From the NCBI GenBank assembly GCA_963738225.1, contig CAVTVR010000007.1, positions 48,018 through 112,017 on the forward strand: a stretch of 64,000 bases of DNA, written 5' to 3'. This document shows positions 46,370 through 56,052 of the stretch, one piece after another. Source of the DNA: an uncultured Verrucomicrobiae bacterium (GTDB lineage Bacteria; Verrucomicrobiota; Verrucomicrobiia; Limisphaerales; UBA11358). Each line of letters starts with the position of its first letter. Position 1 is the first letter of the stretch. Position numbers and translations under genes: made by a program. The notes beneath the pieces were generated by a model. The model was not told the DNA's origin. It saw only the letters and a list, made by a program, of their open reading frames with translations, and made no database searches.

Positions 46370-48248
46370 ATGCGCCGCAATTGGATCATCGCCCTGCTGC
46401 TCGCCGCCGGCACGCTGGCTCTTTACTGGCCGGTGCGACGGTTTGATCTGATTTATTTTGACGATCCGCTGCTGCTGACGAGCTGCCCGGAGGTGCAGGC
46501 CGGCCTGACTTGGGCCAGCGTAAAATGGGCGTTCACCAGCGTGGTCATCGCCAACTGGCAGCCGGTGACGAATCTCTCGTTCCTCGCGGTGTCGCAATTT
46601 TTTGGCATCGCGCCCGGCGCGCATCATTTGGCGAACGCAATGATTCACGCCGCCAACGCCGCGCTGCTGTTCCTGCTGCTGTGGCGGCTGACCAATTCAA
46701 CCTGGCGCAGCGCGGCGGCAGCGGCGATTTTTGCGTGGCATCCGCTGCGCGTGGAATCAGTGGCGTGGATCGCCGAACGCAAAGACGTGCTGTGCGCCTT
46801 TTTCTTTCTGCTGTCGCTGCTGTTTTACGCGCAATTTGCCGGGAAGTCCAAAGTCCAAAGTCCAAGGTCCAAGGTCTTTTACGGCGCGAGCCTGCTGGCG
46901 TTTATGCTGGCGCTGATGAGCAAGCCGATGGCCGTGACGCTGCCGTTCGTGCTGCTGTTGCTGGACGTGTGGCCGCTGGAACGAATTTCAAATCTCAAAT
47001 TTCAAATCTCAAATTTCAAGCCGTTGCTGGTTGAAAAAATTCCGTTCTTCGCGCTGATGCTGGTGTTTTGCGTGGTGACGTATTGGATTCAGCACGATTA
47101 CACGGCCATGACGCCGTGGGCAAAACTTGGTCTTGCCCCACGCGTGGCCAACGCCATCTCCGGCTATCTCGCGTATCCCGCGCGGCTTTTCTGGCCGCTG
47201 CATCTCGCGGCGATTTATCCCTATCCGAAAAATTTCGACTTGACGCAGACCGTTTTGAAAGCCGCGCTGCTGCTCGCGATTAGTCTCGGTTGTCTCCTGC
47301 AACTGCCGCGCCGCCCGTGGCTCGCGGCCGGCTGGTTTTGGTATGTCGTCACGGCGTTGCCCGTCATCGGCATCGTGCAAGTCGGCGAACAGGCGATGGC
47401 TGACCGCTACACCTATCTGCCGCTCATCGGCCCGGTCGTGGCGCTGGTGTGGACGGCGGCGGAAATTTTTTCGCGCGGGCGCGGCGGAAAAATCTTTCTG
47501 ACTGCGGCAACGGTTTTTATTTTGTCCGCGCTGGCGGTTTTATCAGCCCGGCAGTTGCAGTTCTGGCGCAACACCATCGCGCTCTTTACCCACAACGTGG
47601 CCGTGACGCCGGACAACGGCTCGGCGCATTTCACGTTGGGCCTCGGTTATGAACACGCCGGCGACACCATCCGTGCCGTGATCTGCTACCGTGTGGCCAA
47701 GGCGTTCTCGCCCGGCGACCTCCAGATCCGCCGCAGCCTCGCCGGCCTGCTCGCCAAGCAAGGCCAATTCGCCGCCGCCGAAGCCGAATACGCCGAACTG
47801 CTGGCCCGGCAGCCCGATGATTTTGAAAGCCATGCCGGCCTCGCCGGAGTGTTCGCCGCGCAAGGCCGAACCGTGGAGGAGATTGATCAACTCAACCAAG
47901 CCGTGCAGCTTGATCCCAATTCCGCCGACGCGCTGAACAATCTGGCCTGGGCGCTCGCCACCAGCCTGCGCCCGGAACTTCGCGACGCCCCGCGCGCCGT
48001 GACGCTCGCGCAACGCGCCTGCGAACTGACCCAGTTTAAAAAAACCATGTTCCTCGGCACGCTCGCCGCCGCGCAGGCCGACCGCCGGAAAATTTGATGA
48101 CGCCATCGGCACCGCGCAAAGAGCCTGCGTTCTCGCGGCGAAAAATGGGGAAACAGATTTATTGCAGCGAAATCAGGAATTGCTGGAACGCTACCGCCAG
48201 CATGAAACGAGCGAAGGAAGAATGAAAAAGCGAAGGATAGAATTATGA
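46370..48248 (+). CDS. PMT/TMTC-like membrane glycosyltransferase with C-terminal TPR repeats, one frame break near the 3' end
   Basis: Multiple TM segments with a DUF1736-like region (WHPLRVESVAWIAERKDVL). TPR repeats from about residue 400. After a shift near 48080 the tail reads FDDAIGTAQRACVLAAKNGETDLLQRNQELLERY..., with stop at 48246-48248. Confidence 0.73.
46845..46872. repeat. tandem heptamers AGTCCAA x3 plus GGTCCAA inside the PMT/TPR gene
   Basis: Same unit and same coding orientation as the larC array. Encodes KSKVQSPRSKV. Confidence 0.85.
46984..47018. repeat. tandem heptamers AATTTCA/AATCTCA x5 inside the PMT/TPR gene
   Basis: AATTTCA AATCTCA AATTTCA AATCTCA AATTTCA. Encodes ISNLKFQISNFK. 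Confidence 0.85.
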
Positions 48249-48324
48249 ATGAAGAATGAAGAAGCAAATGTGTCTGGGCGTCCGGACAAAATGTTTCTTC
48301 ATTCATCATTCTGCCTTCTTCATT
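48218..48324. repeat. heptamer hairpin (GAATGAA / CTTCATT units) between the PMT/TPR gene and uppS
   Basis: Left arm includes GAATGAA at 48220, 48247 and 48254. Right arm CTTCATT CATCATT CTGCCTT CTTCATT at 48297-48324. Same unit family as 46265-46363. Confidence 0.78.
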
Positions 48325-48329
48325 TCCCG

Positions 48330-49069
48330 TCAAACTCCGCCAAACCGCCGGTTGCCGCTTGGCGTATTCCTCCAGCGCGGCGAAGAATTGCGGCTTCTTG
48401 AAATCCGGCCAGAGCGTCGGCGTGATGACGCAGTTCGGCGTAGCTGATTTGCCAGAGCAGAAAATTGCTCACGCGCATTTCGCCGCTGGTGCGGATGAGC
48501 AAATCCGGGTCGGGCACGTTGCGCGTCCAGAGATGGTCGGAAATGACTTTCTCCGTGATGTCGGCGGGATCGAGCTTGCCGGATTTCACCTTCTGCGCGA
48601 TCTGCCGGACGGCATCCACAATTTCGATGCGGCTGCCGTAGCTCAACGCCATGATGAGCGTCAGGCCGTTGTTCTTGGAAAGCGTGGCGATGGATTTTGC
48701 AAGATGCTCCTGCACGTTGTCCGGCAGGCGGTGAATCTGGCCGATGACTTCGAGCCGGACATTGTTTTTGTTCAGATCCTTCGTCTCGGTCTTGAGATAG
48801 TGGACGAGATATTTCATCAGCGCGTCCACCTCGTCTTTCGGACGGTTCCAGTTCTCCGCGGAAAACGCGTAGAGCGTGAGATACTTGATGCCGAGTTCGC
48901 CCGCCGTGCGGATGATTTCGCGCGCCGAATCCGCGCCGCGCCGGTGGCCCTCGATGCGCGGCAGGTGGCGCGACTTCGCCCAGCGCCCGTTGCCGTCCAT
49001 GATCACCGCGACGTGGCGCGGGAGATTCGCGGCGGCTTCGGCGCTCAAATGTGGAATGGCGGAACTCAT
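48330..49069 (-). CDS. uppS: isoprenyl transferase (undecaprenyl-diphosphate synthase), two frame breaks near the 3' end
   Basis: Trimmed to ATG 49069 (MSSAIPH...). VAVIMDGNGRWA, YAFSAENWNRP, IRTSGEMRVSNFLLWQ. The corrected tail reads ...ITPTLWPDFKKPQFFAALEEYAKRQRRFGGV. Confidence 0.9.
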
Positions 49070-49134
49070 TTTGCTTGTCCGCAGATTACGCGAATTTTCT
49101 GAAATGAAAAATAAAACTTCCGGCAACCCGCCAG

Positions 49135-49161
49135 TTGACAAATGTATCAATCTTGATACAT
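49135..49161 (+). promoter_or_regulatory. putative higBA promoter with overlapping palindromic operator
   Basis: TTGACA at 49135-49140, followed by the perfect palindrome ATGTATCAA-TC-TTGATACAT (49142-49161). This sits 11 nt upstream of the higB ATG. Confidence 0.4.
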
Positions 49162-49171
49162 TCCCTTGCGG

Positions 49172-49518
49172 ATGAAAGCTGAACGTCCGCTCAACGTAAT
49201 CTTTTACCAGACCAGCGCGGGCAACGAGCCGGTTCGGCAATGGCTCAAAGGTTTGCCAGCGGAAGAGCGCAAGACTATCGGCGCGGATATTTTGTCCGTG
49301 CAATACGCGTGGCCGGTCGGCAAGCCGCTCGTGGACAATTTGGGCGACGGCGTTTGGGAAATCCGTTCGCGATTGCCGAACCGTATCGCGCGGACGCTGT
49401 TCGCCGTGGCCGATGAAGAATTGTGCTGCTGCATGGCTTCATCAAAAAACAGCAGCGGACGCCGGCGGACGAACTGGCTTTGGCGAAGAAACGAAAAAAA
49501 GAATATCTGAACTTATGA
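49172..49518 (+). CDS. higB: RelE/ParE-superfamily toxin, HigB/Gp49-like, one frame break
   Basis: MKAERPLNVIFYQTSAGNEPVRQWLKGL...VWEIRSRLPNRIARTLF. After a shift near 49425 the tail reads IVLLHGFIKKQQRTPADELALAKKRKKEYLNL. The stop overlaps the higA ATG (ATGA). Confidence 0.7.
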
Positions 49519-49805
49519 AAAAAAACATCCATCGCGGAAGCGACTTCCGGGACTTTCTCAAAAATGACGGCATTCTGGAAGAAGTCGAGGAACGCGCCAT
49601 GAAAAAGGCGCTGGCGCTGCAATTGGAAAAATTGCTCGCCAAAAATGAACTCACCAAGGCAGAAATGGCCGCGCGCATGAAAACCAGCCGCGCCGCCGTT
49701 GACCGCTTGCTCGACGCCTCGAATTCTTCGCTGACACTTTCAACGCTTGGCAAAGCCGCGCGCGCGCTGGGACGCAAAATCAAAATTGAACTGGTGCCGG
49801 CGTAA
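49515..49805 (+). CDS. higA: XRE-family HTH antitoxin (HigA-like)
   Basis: Trimmed to ATG 49515 (MKKNIHRGSDFRDFLKNDGILEEV...). HTH segment LTKAEMAARMKTSRAAVDRLL. Confidence 0.75.
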   Translation: MKKNIHRGSDFRDFLKNDGILEEVEERAMKKALALQLEKLLAKNELTKAEMAARMKTSRAAVDRLLDASNSSLTLSTLGKAARALGRKIKIELVPA

Positions 49806-49837
49806 GTTCCCGGCGCTCAAATGTGAAGTGGTGGAAC

Positions 49838-50464
49838 TCATTTATTTTCTAAATGCTTCAAAAATTCTTTGGTATTAATTCGTCTTTCAATTTCAAATAA
49901 CACATCTCGTTTAAGAGATTCAAAATCACAATCGTAATCTTGCTTGAATCCACAATGAGAACAAACCAGCGAAATTGGAGGATAATACTTACCCGGATTG
50001 AAACGTGCATTATTATTCAATTCGGATTTTAGTCGGCATTTACAACAATTTTGCCTCGGGCAAAATACTGACAATTGATCACTTATTTGATTTCCGACAT
50101 AGCTCCAATTCCATCGCACGCCAAAAATCTCATCATGGGTGTAATTATGCCAATCCAACTGCATCGGAATAATTGGTTGTTCATCGAACATTTTTACAAC
50201 GAACCAACAAAGCAAAGCCAGAATACAACCTCCAATTCCGAGCAAAATTAAACCCCATACTGGCCAAGTAATTGGTTTGGTTAGCCAACTTAGCCATCCC
50301 ATATGCCAAGAAGCAAGCAGTCCAAGAATAATTGCTCCAATAATAATCCAGCCAAGCCAATCTTTCCAAAATTTCGCTGCAGCTTCCCTCGTAAAAAACC
50401 AAAGCACCACAGATAACGGCAGACTCAATATCGAAGCCCAGCTTGCGTAATCTGAAAGTGTCAT
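49838..50464 (-). CDS. AT-rich orphan gene: N-terminal multi-TM domain plus C-terminal Cys4 zinc-ribbon-like domain
   Basis: ATG 50464 ([24 protein letters not shown]...). Four hydrophobic segments, then CPRQNCCKC...CSHCG. Composition is visibly far more AT-rich than the flanks. Confidence 0.6.
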   Translation of the reverse strand: MTLSDYASWASILSLPLSVVLWFFTREAAAKFWKDWLGWIIIGAIILGLLASWHMGWLSWLTKPITWPVWGLILLGIGGCILALLCWFVVKMFDEQPIIPMQLDWHNYTHDEIFGVRWNWSYVGNQISDQLSVFCPRQNCCKCRLKSELNNNARFNPGKYYPPISLVCSHCGFKQDYDCDFESLKRDVLFEIERRINTKEFLKHLENK

Positions 50465-50471
50465 AAAATCA

Positions 50472-51746
50472 TTAGACAAAAATCGTCTGTTCTCTCGCCG
50501 GACCGATGGACGCGATGAATAATTTCGCGTTGCGTCAATTCCGCGATCGCCTTCAAATACGCGCGCGCTTTCGGCGGCAGGTCGGCGAACTTGCGCGCCT
50601 TGTCCGTCGGCGTGCGCCAGCCTTCAAATTCCACATAGACCGGTTCACATTCGGCCAGCACCTGCGCGTCGTTCGGCACGAAATCGTATTGCTGCGTGCC
50701 GTGACGATACGCGACGCAAACTTTGATCGTCTCCACCGTGTCGAGGCCGTCGAGATTCGTGATGGCGAGGTCGTCAATGCCGTTGACCATCGTCGCGTGG
50801 CGCGTGGCGACGGAATCAAACCAGCCGCAGCGCCGCGCGCGTCCGGTCGTCGCGCCGAATTCGCGGCCCATGCCGTGCAGCAGGTCGGAAATTTCCGCGT
50901 TCTCCGTCGGCAACGGCCCTTCGCCGACGCGCGTGGTGTAAGCCTTCATCACGCCGACGACGCGATCCATGCGATGCGGCGGCACGCCCGAACCGGTGCA
51001 GGCGCCGCCCGCCGTCGTGTTCGATGAAGTGACGAACGGATACGTGCCGTGGTCAATGTCGAGGAACGTGCCTTGCGCGCCTTCAAACAAAATGTCCACG
51101 CCTGTCGCGCATCTTGTCGTGCAGCAAAACAACGGTGTTTGTGACGAACGGCGCGAGATATTTTCCGGCGGCGTTATATTCCGCGAAAACCTGACTTGAA
51201 CGAAAGCGGCTTGGCGCCGAGCGATTTCAGCACGGCGTTGTTTTCCTTGATGCGGGCGGAAAGTTTGGTTTCGAGGCGGGCCGGATCAACCAGATCGCCG
51301 ACGCGCAGACCGACGCGCGCGGCCTTGTCGCCATAAGCCGGGCCGATGCCGCGCTTGGTGGTGCCGATCTTATTTTTGCCCTTGAGCACTTCGCGCTGCG
51401 CGTCCAGTTCGCGGTGATAGGGCAGAACGACATGCGCCGTTTCGCTCAACACGAAATTCTTCGGACTGACCTTGACGCCGAGTTTTTTCAGCCCTTCGAT
51501 TTCCTCGACCAGGCCGATGGGGTCAACGACCACGCCGTTGCCGATGACGCAGAGTTTTTTCGGGCGCAGAATGCCGGACGGCACGAGGTGCAGGACGTAT
51601 TTCTTCTTGCCCAGCCAGACCGTGTGGCCGGCGTTGTTGCCGCCGGCGTAGCGGACGACGACGTCCGCCGACTCGGTGAGCACGTCAATGATTTTGCCTT
51701 TGCCTTCGTCGCCCCACTGGGCGCCGACCAGAATTGTGTTTGCCAT
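50472..51746 (-). CDS. purA: adenylosuccinate synthetase, three frame breaks
   Basis: ATG 51746 ([18 protein letters not shown]), then [45 protein letters not shown]. Shifts near 51195, 51108 and 50500. The corrected tail reads ...[18 protein letters not shown]. Confidence 0.92.
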
Positions 51747-51927
51747 AGATTTGTTTTTTCCACAGCGGCGCAGCAGCACCGCCCTACCGCCAACAATAAA
51801 AATCCCCGGACGAAAATCCGGGGCAAAGCGGCGGGGTCTTTGCGTGAAGAAATTAAGGAGGTTGCGCAATCATGTCAATTCCGCAAAGCAGTTGGCGCGT
51901 GACCTGCCGCCGAATTTTTTTTAGTCT

Positions 51928-54069
51928 ATGAAAATGAAATTACACCTTGTTGCGTTTTGCGTGGCGGCTTCGTTTCTCACCACCGCCGCCGCGGCCGAGC
52001 CGGCGTCTCCGCACAAATTCAGTGTGCAGACGAAAAATTTCTCCCTGACTTTTGAAGTCGGCGCCGACGGGCGGCTTTATCAACGTCCGATCGGAGCGGC
52101 GGGAGTTGATAAAAAATTGCAGCGGATTGATGAAAGTTATCCGCAGGCCGGGGACGGATATATTTGGGAGCCGGCGTTGCAAGTCATTCACGCCGATGGC
52201 AACACTTCCACGGCGCTGTCTTTTGATGGACTGACGCGAACGAATGACGCCGCCGGCCGCGAGGTGACGCAAATCAAATTGCACGATCCGGCTTACCCGC
52301 TCGAAGTTTTTTTGAACTTCCGGGCCGACCATGACCGGGATGTCTTGGAGCAGTGGACGGAAATTGTGAATCATGAATCCGGCGCGGTGACGCTGGAGCG
52401 CATGGCTTCCACCGCGCTGCTGCTGCCGGCGAAAAATGTCTATCTGACGCATTTTTTTGGTGACTGGGCGAAGGAAATGCTGAAGCCCATTACCGAACCG
52501 ATCACGCCAGGCACGAAAGTTTTGGATTCAAAAATCGGCGTGCGCGCGGAGCAGTTCCGCAACCCGTCGTTCGTGCTTTCGCTGGACGGACCGCCGGCGG
52601 AAAACAGCGGCCGCGTGCTGGCCGGTTCGCTGGAATGGTCGGGCAGTTTTCAGTGCGCCTTTGATGACAATGGCGAAAACATCCGCGCTTTGTGCGGCGT
52701 GAATCCGTTCGCGTCCGCGTATCATTTGAACCCGCAGGAAACTTTCACGACGCCGGTAATGATCTGGGTCTGGAGCGCGAACGGGCTCGGGGAAATGAGC
52801 CGGAATCTCCACCGCTGGGCGCGCGATTTCGGCTTGCGCGACGGCCACAAAACCCGCGCCGTGCTGCTGAATAATTGGGAGGCGACCGGCTTTGATTTCG
52901 ATTTCAACCGCATCGTCGGGCTTTTTGATCCGGCGAAGCAAATCGGCACGGAGTTGTTCCTGTTGGATGACGGCTGGTTCGGGAACAAATATCCGCGCGT
53001 GAACGACCATGCCGGTCTCGGCGATTGGCAGCCGAACCGCCAGCGCCTGCCCGATGGCCTGGCGCCGCTCGCCGCCGAAGCCGTCAAACGCGGCCTGCGG
53101 TTCGGCATTTGGATGGAGCCGGAAATGGTGAATCCCAAAAGCGAATTGTTTGACCAGCATCCCGACTGGGTGATCGCCCAGCCGAAACGCGAGCTGGAAT
53201 TGCAGCGCAACCAGCTCGTGCTGGATCTGACGCGCCCCGCCGTGCAGACGTTTGAGTGGCAGACCATCCAAAACATTCTGGGCGTGCCGGACATCAGCTA
53301 CGCGAAATGGGATTGCAATCGTTACCTCACACAGCCGGGCTCGTCGTATCTCGCGCCGGACCGGCAGTCGCACCTGTGGATTGATTATGTGAACGCGCTC
53401 TACGCGCTCATGGACAAAACCGCGAAATCGTTTCCCGACACGGAATTGATGCTGTGTTCCGGCGGCGGCGGACGCGCGGATTACGGCGCGCTGAAATATT
53501 TCCACGAGTTCTGGCCAAGCGACAACACCGACCCGACGGTGCGCGTGCCGATGCAATGGGATTATTCCTATTTCTTCCCGGCGATGGCCCTGGCCAGCCA
53601 CGTGACGCATTGGGGCAACCGCCCGATGCACTTTGCCTGCAGCGTGGCGATGAGCGCGCGTTTCGGCATGGATCTTGATCTGACCAAGTTGTCGGTTGAA
53701 GACAAAGCCATTTGCGCCGGCGCCATCAGCGCCTACAAACAAATCCGTGAAATTGCCCAGCTCGGCGATTTATACCGGCTGGAAAATCCGCATGAAAATT
53801 TTCGCGGCGCCCTGAATTTCGTTTCGCCCGACCGCGCGCGCGCCGTGGTGTTTGCGTTTCAACTAAAAGACGGTCCATCGTCGCCGGTGCATCCGCAGGG
53901 ACTTGATCCGGCAAAAAATTATACCGTCCACGAATTGAATCCCGCACCGGGACGCGCCGCGATACCGCAGGAAGGTCAAGCCGTCACCGGCGCGGAACTA
54001 ATGCGTGATGGCATTGTTCCCTCGTGTGCGCACGCGGTTGAAGCCTGCGTCATCGAATTGAGTTCGTAG
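51928..54069 (+). CDS. GH36 alpha-galactosidase, secreted
   Basis: Signal peptide MKMKLHLVAFCVAASFLTTAAAA. ELFLLDDGWF, GLRFGIWMEPEMVNP and YAKWDCNRY motifs of GH36. Confidence 0.87.
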   Translation: MKMKLHLVAFCVAASFLTTAAAAEPASPHKFSVQTKNFSLTFEVGADGRLYQRPIGAAGVDKKLQRIDESYPQAGDGYIWEPALQVIHADGNTSTALSFDGLTRTNDAAGREVTQIKLHDPAYPLEVFLNFRADHDRDVLEQWTEIVNHESGAVTLERMASTALLLPAKNVYLTHFFGDWAKEMLKPITEPITPGTKVLDSKIGVRAEQFRNPSFVLSLDGPPAENSGRVLAGSLEWSGSFQCAFDDNGENIRALCGVNPFASAYHLNPQETFTTPVMIWVWSANGLGEMSRNLHRWARDFGLRDGHKTRAVLLNNWEATGFDFDFNRIVGLFDPAKQIGTELFLLDDGWFGNKYPRVNDHAGLGDWQPNRQRLPDGLAPLAAEAVKRGLRFGIWMEPEMVNPKSELFDQHPDWVIAQPKRELELQRNQLVLDLTRPAVQTFEWQTIQNILGVPDISYAKWDCNRYLTQPGSSYLAPDRQSHLWIDYVNALYALMDKTAKSFPDTELMLCSGGGGRADYGALKYFHEFWPSDNTDPTVRVPMQWDYSYFFPAMALASHVTHWGNRPMHFACSVAMSARFGMDLDLTKLSVEDKAICAGAISAYKQIREIAQLGDLYRLENPHENFRGALNFVSPDRARAVVFAFQLKDGPSSPVHPQGLDPAKNYTVHELNPAPGRAAIPQEGQAVTGAELMRDGIVPSCAHAVEACVIELSS

Positions 54070-54173
54070 TCATTGAAGTCAATTCGGAATTCGCGGATTC
54101 GCATGGCTGTCCGGCTCCGTCGTCGCACAATTGTCACCATTTTTTCCCTGACATCCGGTGATTTTCGGCCAAA

Positions 54174-54626
54174 ATGACCGTTCATTATTTTATGCAAGCC
54201 ACCCGAATTCTCCCCGATCTCCAATGCTCGCTGCTGTGCGAAGAAGTCCGCCAGGAAGTCAACGGCAATCTCTTTCTCATCGGCGTCGTGCATTTCCTGC
54301 GCGTGCCGCAAGTGCCCATCGTTGCCGCCCGCATCTGCGTTTTCAACCGCTGGACGGCGGGCATCGGCCAGTTCAACGAAAACGTGCGCCTCATCGCGCC
54401 CGACCAGACCACGATCGTGAGCAAGGGCGAATCCAAATTTGAACTGCGCGACCCGTCCATGAGCGCGACAAATGTGATGTTTTTCGGCAATGTGAAATTT
54501 GAAACCGCCGGCACTCATTTCATCGAAGTCCTCGTGGACGACGTGATGAAGCTGCGTTATCCGCTGCCCGTCCTCGTGGTGCCGCCGCCGAATCAGCCGC
54601 CGCCGACGCCGGAAAAACAAGGCTGA
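54174..54626 (+). CDS. hypothetical protein with Pro-rich tail
   Basis: 150-aa ORF with ATG start, ending VVPPPNQPPPTPEKQG. No family recognised with confidence. Confidence 0.5.
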   Translation: MTVHYFMQATRILPDLQCSLLCEEVRQEVNGNLFLIGVVHFLRVPQVPIVAARICVFNRWTAGIGQFNENVRLIAPDQTTIVSKGESKFELRDPSMSATNVMFFGNVKFETAGTHFIEVLVDDVMKLRYPLPVLVVPPPNQPPPTPEKQG

Positions 54627-54658
54627 TTTCCGCGCCTGGTTTCTGGTAACGTCAGCGT

Positions 54659-55468
54659 GTGAGTGCGTTCACCGAGCCGGTTTTTGCCTGGGAACCCATC
54701 ACGCCGCGCGGCGTGGCGGCATTTGCGCGTGCGTCGTTCGAGCGGCTCTTCGTGATGCAGGCGGTCATGGCGGGGATCGCCGCGGCGGCGGTCGCGTGGA
54801 TTTTGTCCGATGGAATTTTCCCGACGATTGACGCCGCCATTGGCGCATTGCCGGACGCGGGTGAAATCCGTTCCGGAAAACTCAACTGGCGCGGTGATTC
54901 TCCGGTGCTGCTCGTGGAAGGGAAAATCCTCGCCTTCAGCGTGGACTTGGAACACGGCGGCAGGCTGCGCTCGCCGGCGGATTTCCAGTTTGAATTTGGC
55001 CGCGATTCTGTCCGCATCTTTTCTCTGTTCGGCGTGGCGGAGGTGGATTATCCCTCTGGCTACATCATCGCCGCCAACCAGCCGGACGCGCGGCCGGCGT
55101 GGCGTGCCTGGGCGCCGGACATCCTGGGGCTTGCGGCCATCGGCACTTTTCTCGGTCTCCTGCTGGTCTGGGCATTGCTGGCCACCATTTATTTTTTGCC
55201 GGTGTGGCTCATCTGTTTTTTCAGCAACCGTGATTTGAATTTTCGAGCCAGTTGGAAGCTTGCAGGCGCGGCCCTCATGCCCGGCGGATTGCTGTTTTCG
55301 CTGGCGCTGGTGCTCTACGACCTCGGCGGATTCGACATTGTGCAACTCTGTTTTGCCTTCGGCATGCACGTGGTCATCGGCTGGATTTATCTGTTCGTCA
55401 GTCCGATGTTTCTTCGCCGCGTTCAGCCGGCGGAGAAAAAAAATCCGTTCCAGCCGGCGATCAATTGA
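54659..55468 (+). CDS. hypothetical integral membrane protein
   Basis: GTG start, 269 aa. One N-terminal TM segment and four C-terminal ones. 32 nt after the previous ORF. Confidence 0.5.
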   Translation: MSAFTEPVFAWEPITPRGVAAFARASFERLFVMQAVMAGIAAAAVAWILSDGIFPTIDAAIGALPDAGEIRSGKLNWRGDSPVLLVEGKILAFSVDLEHGGRLRSPADFQFEFGRDSVRIFSLFGVAEVDYPSGYIIAANQPDARPAWRAWAPDILGLAAIGTFLGLLLVWALLATIYFLPVWLICFFSNRDLNFRASWKLAGAALMPGGLLFSLALVLYDLGGFDIVQLCFAFGMHVVIGWIYLFVSPMFLRRVQPAEKKNPFQPAIN

Positions 55469-55496
55469 ACTCGACACGCCAACCAAAGCATGTGCT

Positions 55497-56048
55497 TCAC
55501 ACCACTTCGCGATACACATCGGGATGCGGACGCGAAATCACCACTGCGTTCACCAGCACGCCGGCGTCGGCAAGAACTGCGCGACCAGCCGCGACACCGG
55601 ATTGCACGGACGAAACATCACCCGTCATCGAGCAAAACGCTTTTCCGCCCATCGCCATCGCGAGACGGACTTCGAGCAATTGCACATTGGAAGTTTTGGC
55701 CACGGCATCGGCGGCTTGGATCAACGTGGCAACGTTGAACGATTCAATGACGCCGAGCGCGCCGTCCGTCTCCGCCGGTTGCGAGCGGCCCAGCGCGACA
55801 AAAACATCGGGATGCAAATTCGCGATGACGAAGCTGTCAATCAAACAGCCGCCCGCGTCCACGCAGCCGGCTTCGACGGCGGCGGTCACGGCGGCGGTGT
55901 CGCCGCCGATGAGCACCATGTATTTGCCGGAACAAATCGAGCGCGACAAAATCAGCCGCACGTTGCCGGCTTTGAGCATCGTGTCAGCCACCTGGAAGCC
56001 GGCGGCGATGCTCGACAGTTCAATCAATCCAACAGATTTTTCGGCCAT
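55497..56048 (-). CDS. pduT: BMC-T shell protein, tandem BMC domains, PduT-like
   Basis: Two BMC (PF00936-type) halves: MAEKSVGLIELSSIAAGFQVADTMLKAGNV... and ...ALGVIESFNVATLIQAADAVAKTSNV... The segment SRSICSGKY matches the PduT 4Fe-4S-ligating Cys region. Confidence 0.9.
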   Translation of the reverse strand: MAEKSVGLIELSSIAAGFQVADTMLKAGNVRLILSRSICSGKYMVLIGGDTAAVTAAVEAGCVDAGGCLIDSFVIANLHPDVFVALGRSQPAETDGALGVIESFNVATLIQAADAVAKTSNVQLLEVRLAMAMGGKAFCSMTGDVSSVQSGVAAGRAVLADAGVLVNAVVISRPHPDVYREVV

Positions 56049-56052
56049 AAAA

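Noticed and set aside
50472-51746. Frame breaks as programmed ribosomal frameshifting or genuine pseudogenisation (purA as the example).
   Set aside because: The breaks lack slippery-site/pseudoknot contexts. They hit many unrelated essential genes at once and cluster in blocks. Assembly indels are the simpler explanation.
51804-51823. Hairpin CCCCGGA-cgaaaa-TCCGGGG with an adjacent T-rich tract on the minus strand, which looks like a terminator.
   Set aside because: On the minus strand it lies upstream of purA with no gene to terminate. On the + strand it lacks a U-tract. I left it unannotated.
52528-53742. A 404-aa minus-strand ORF inside the GH36 gene.
   Set aside because: It is an antisense shadow ORF. 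The + strand encodes a complete alpha-galactosidase.
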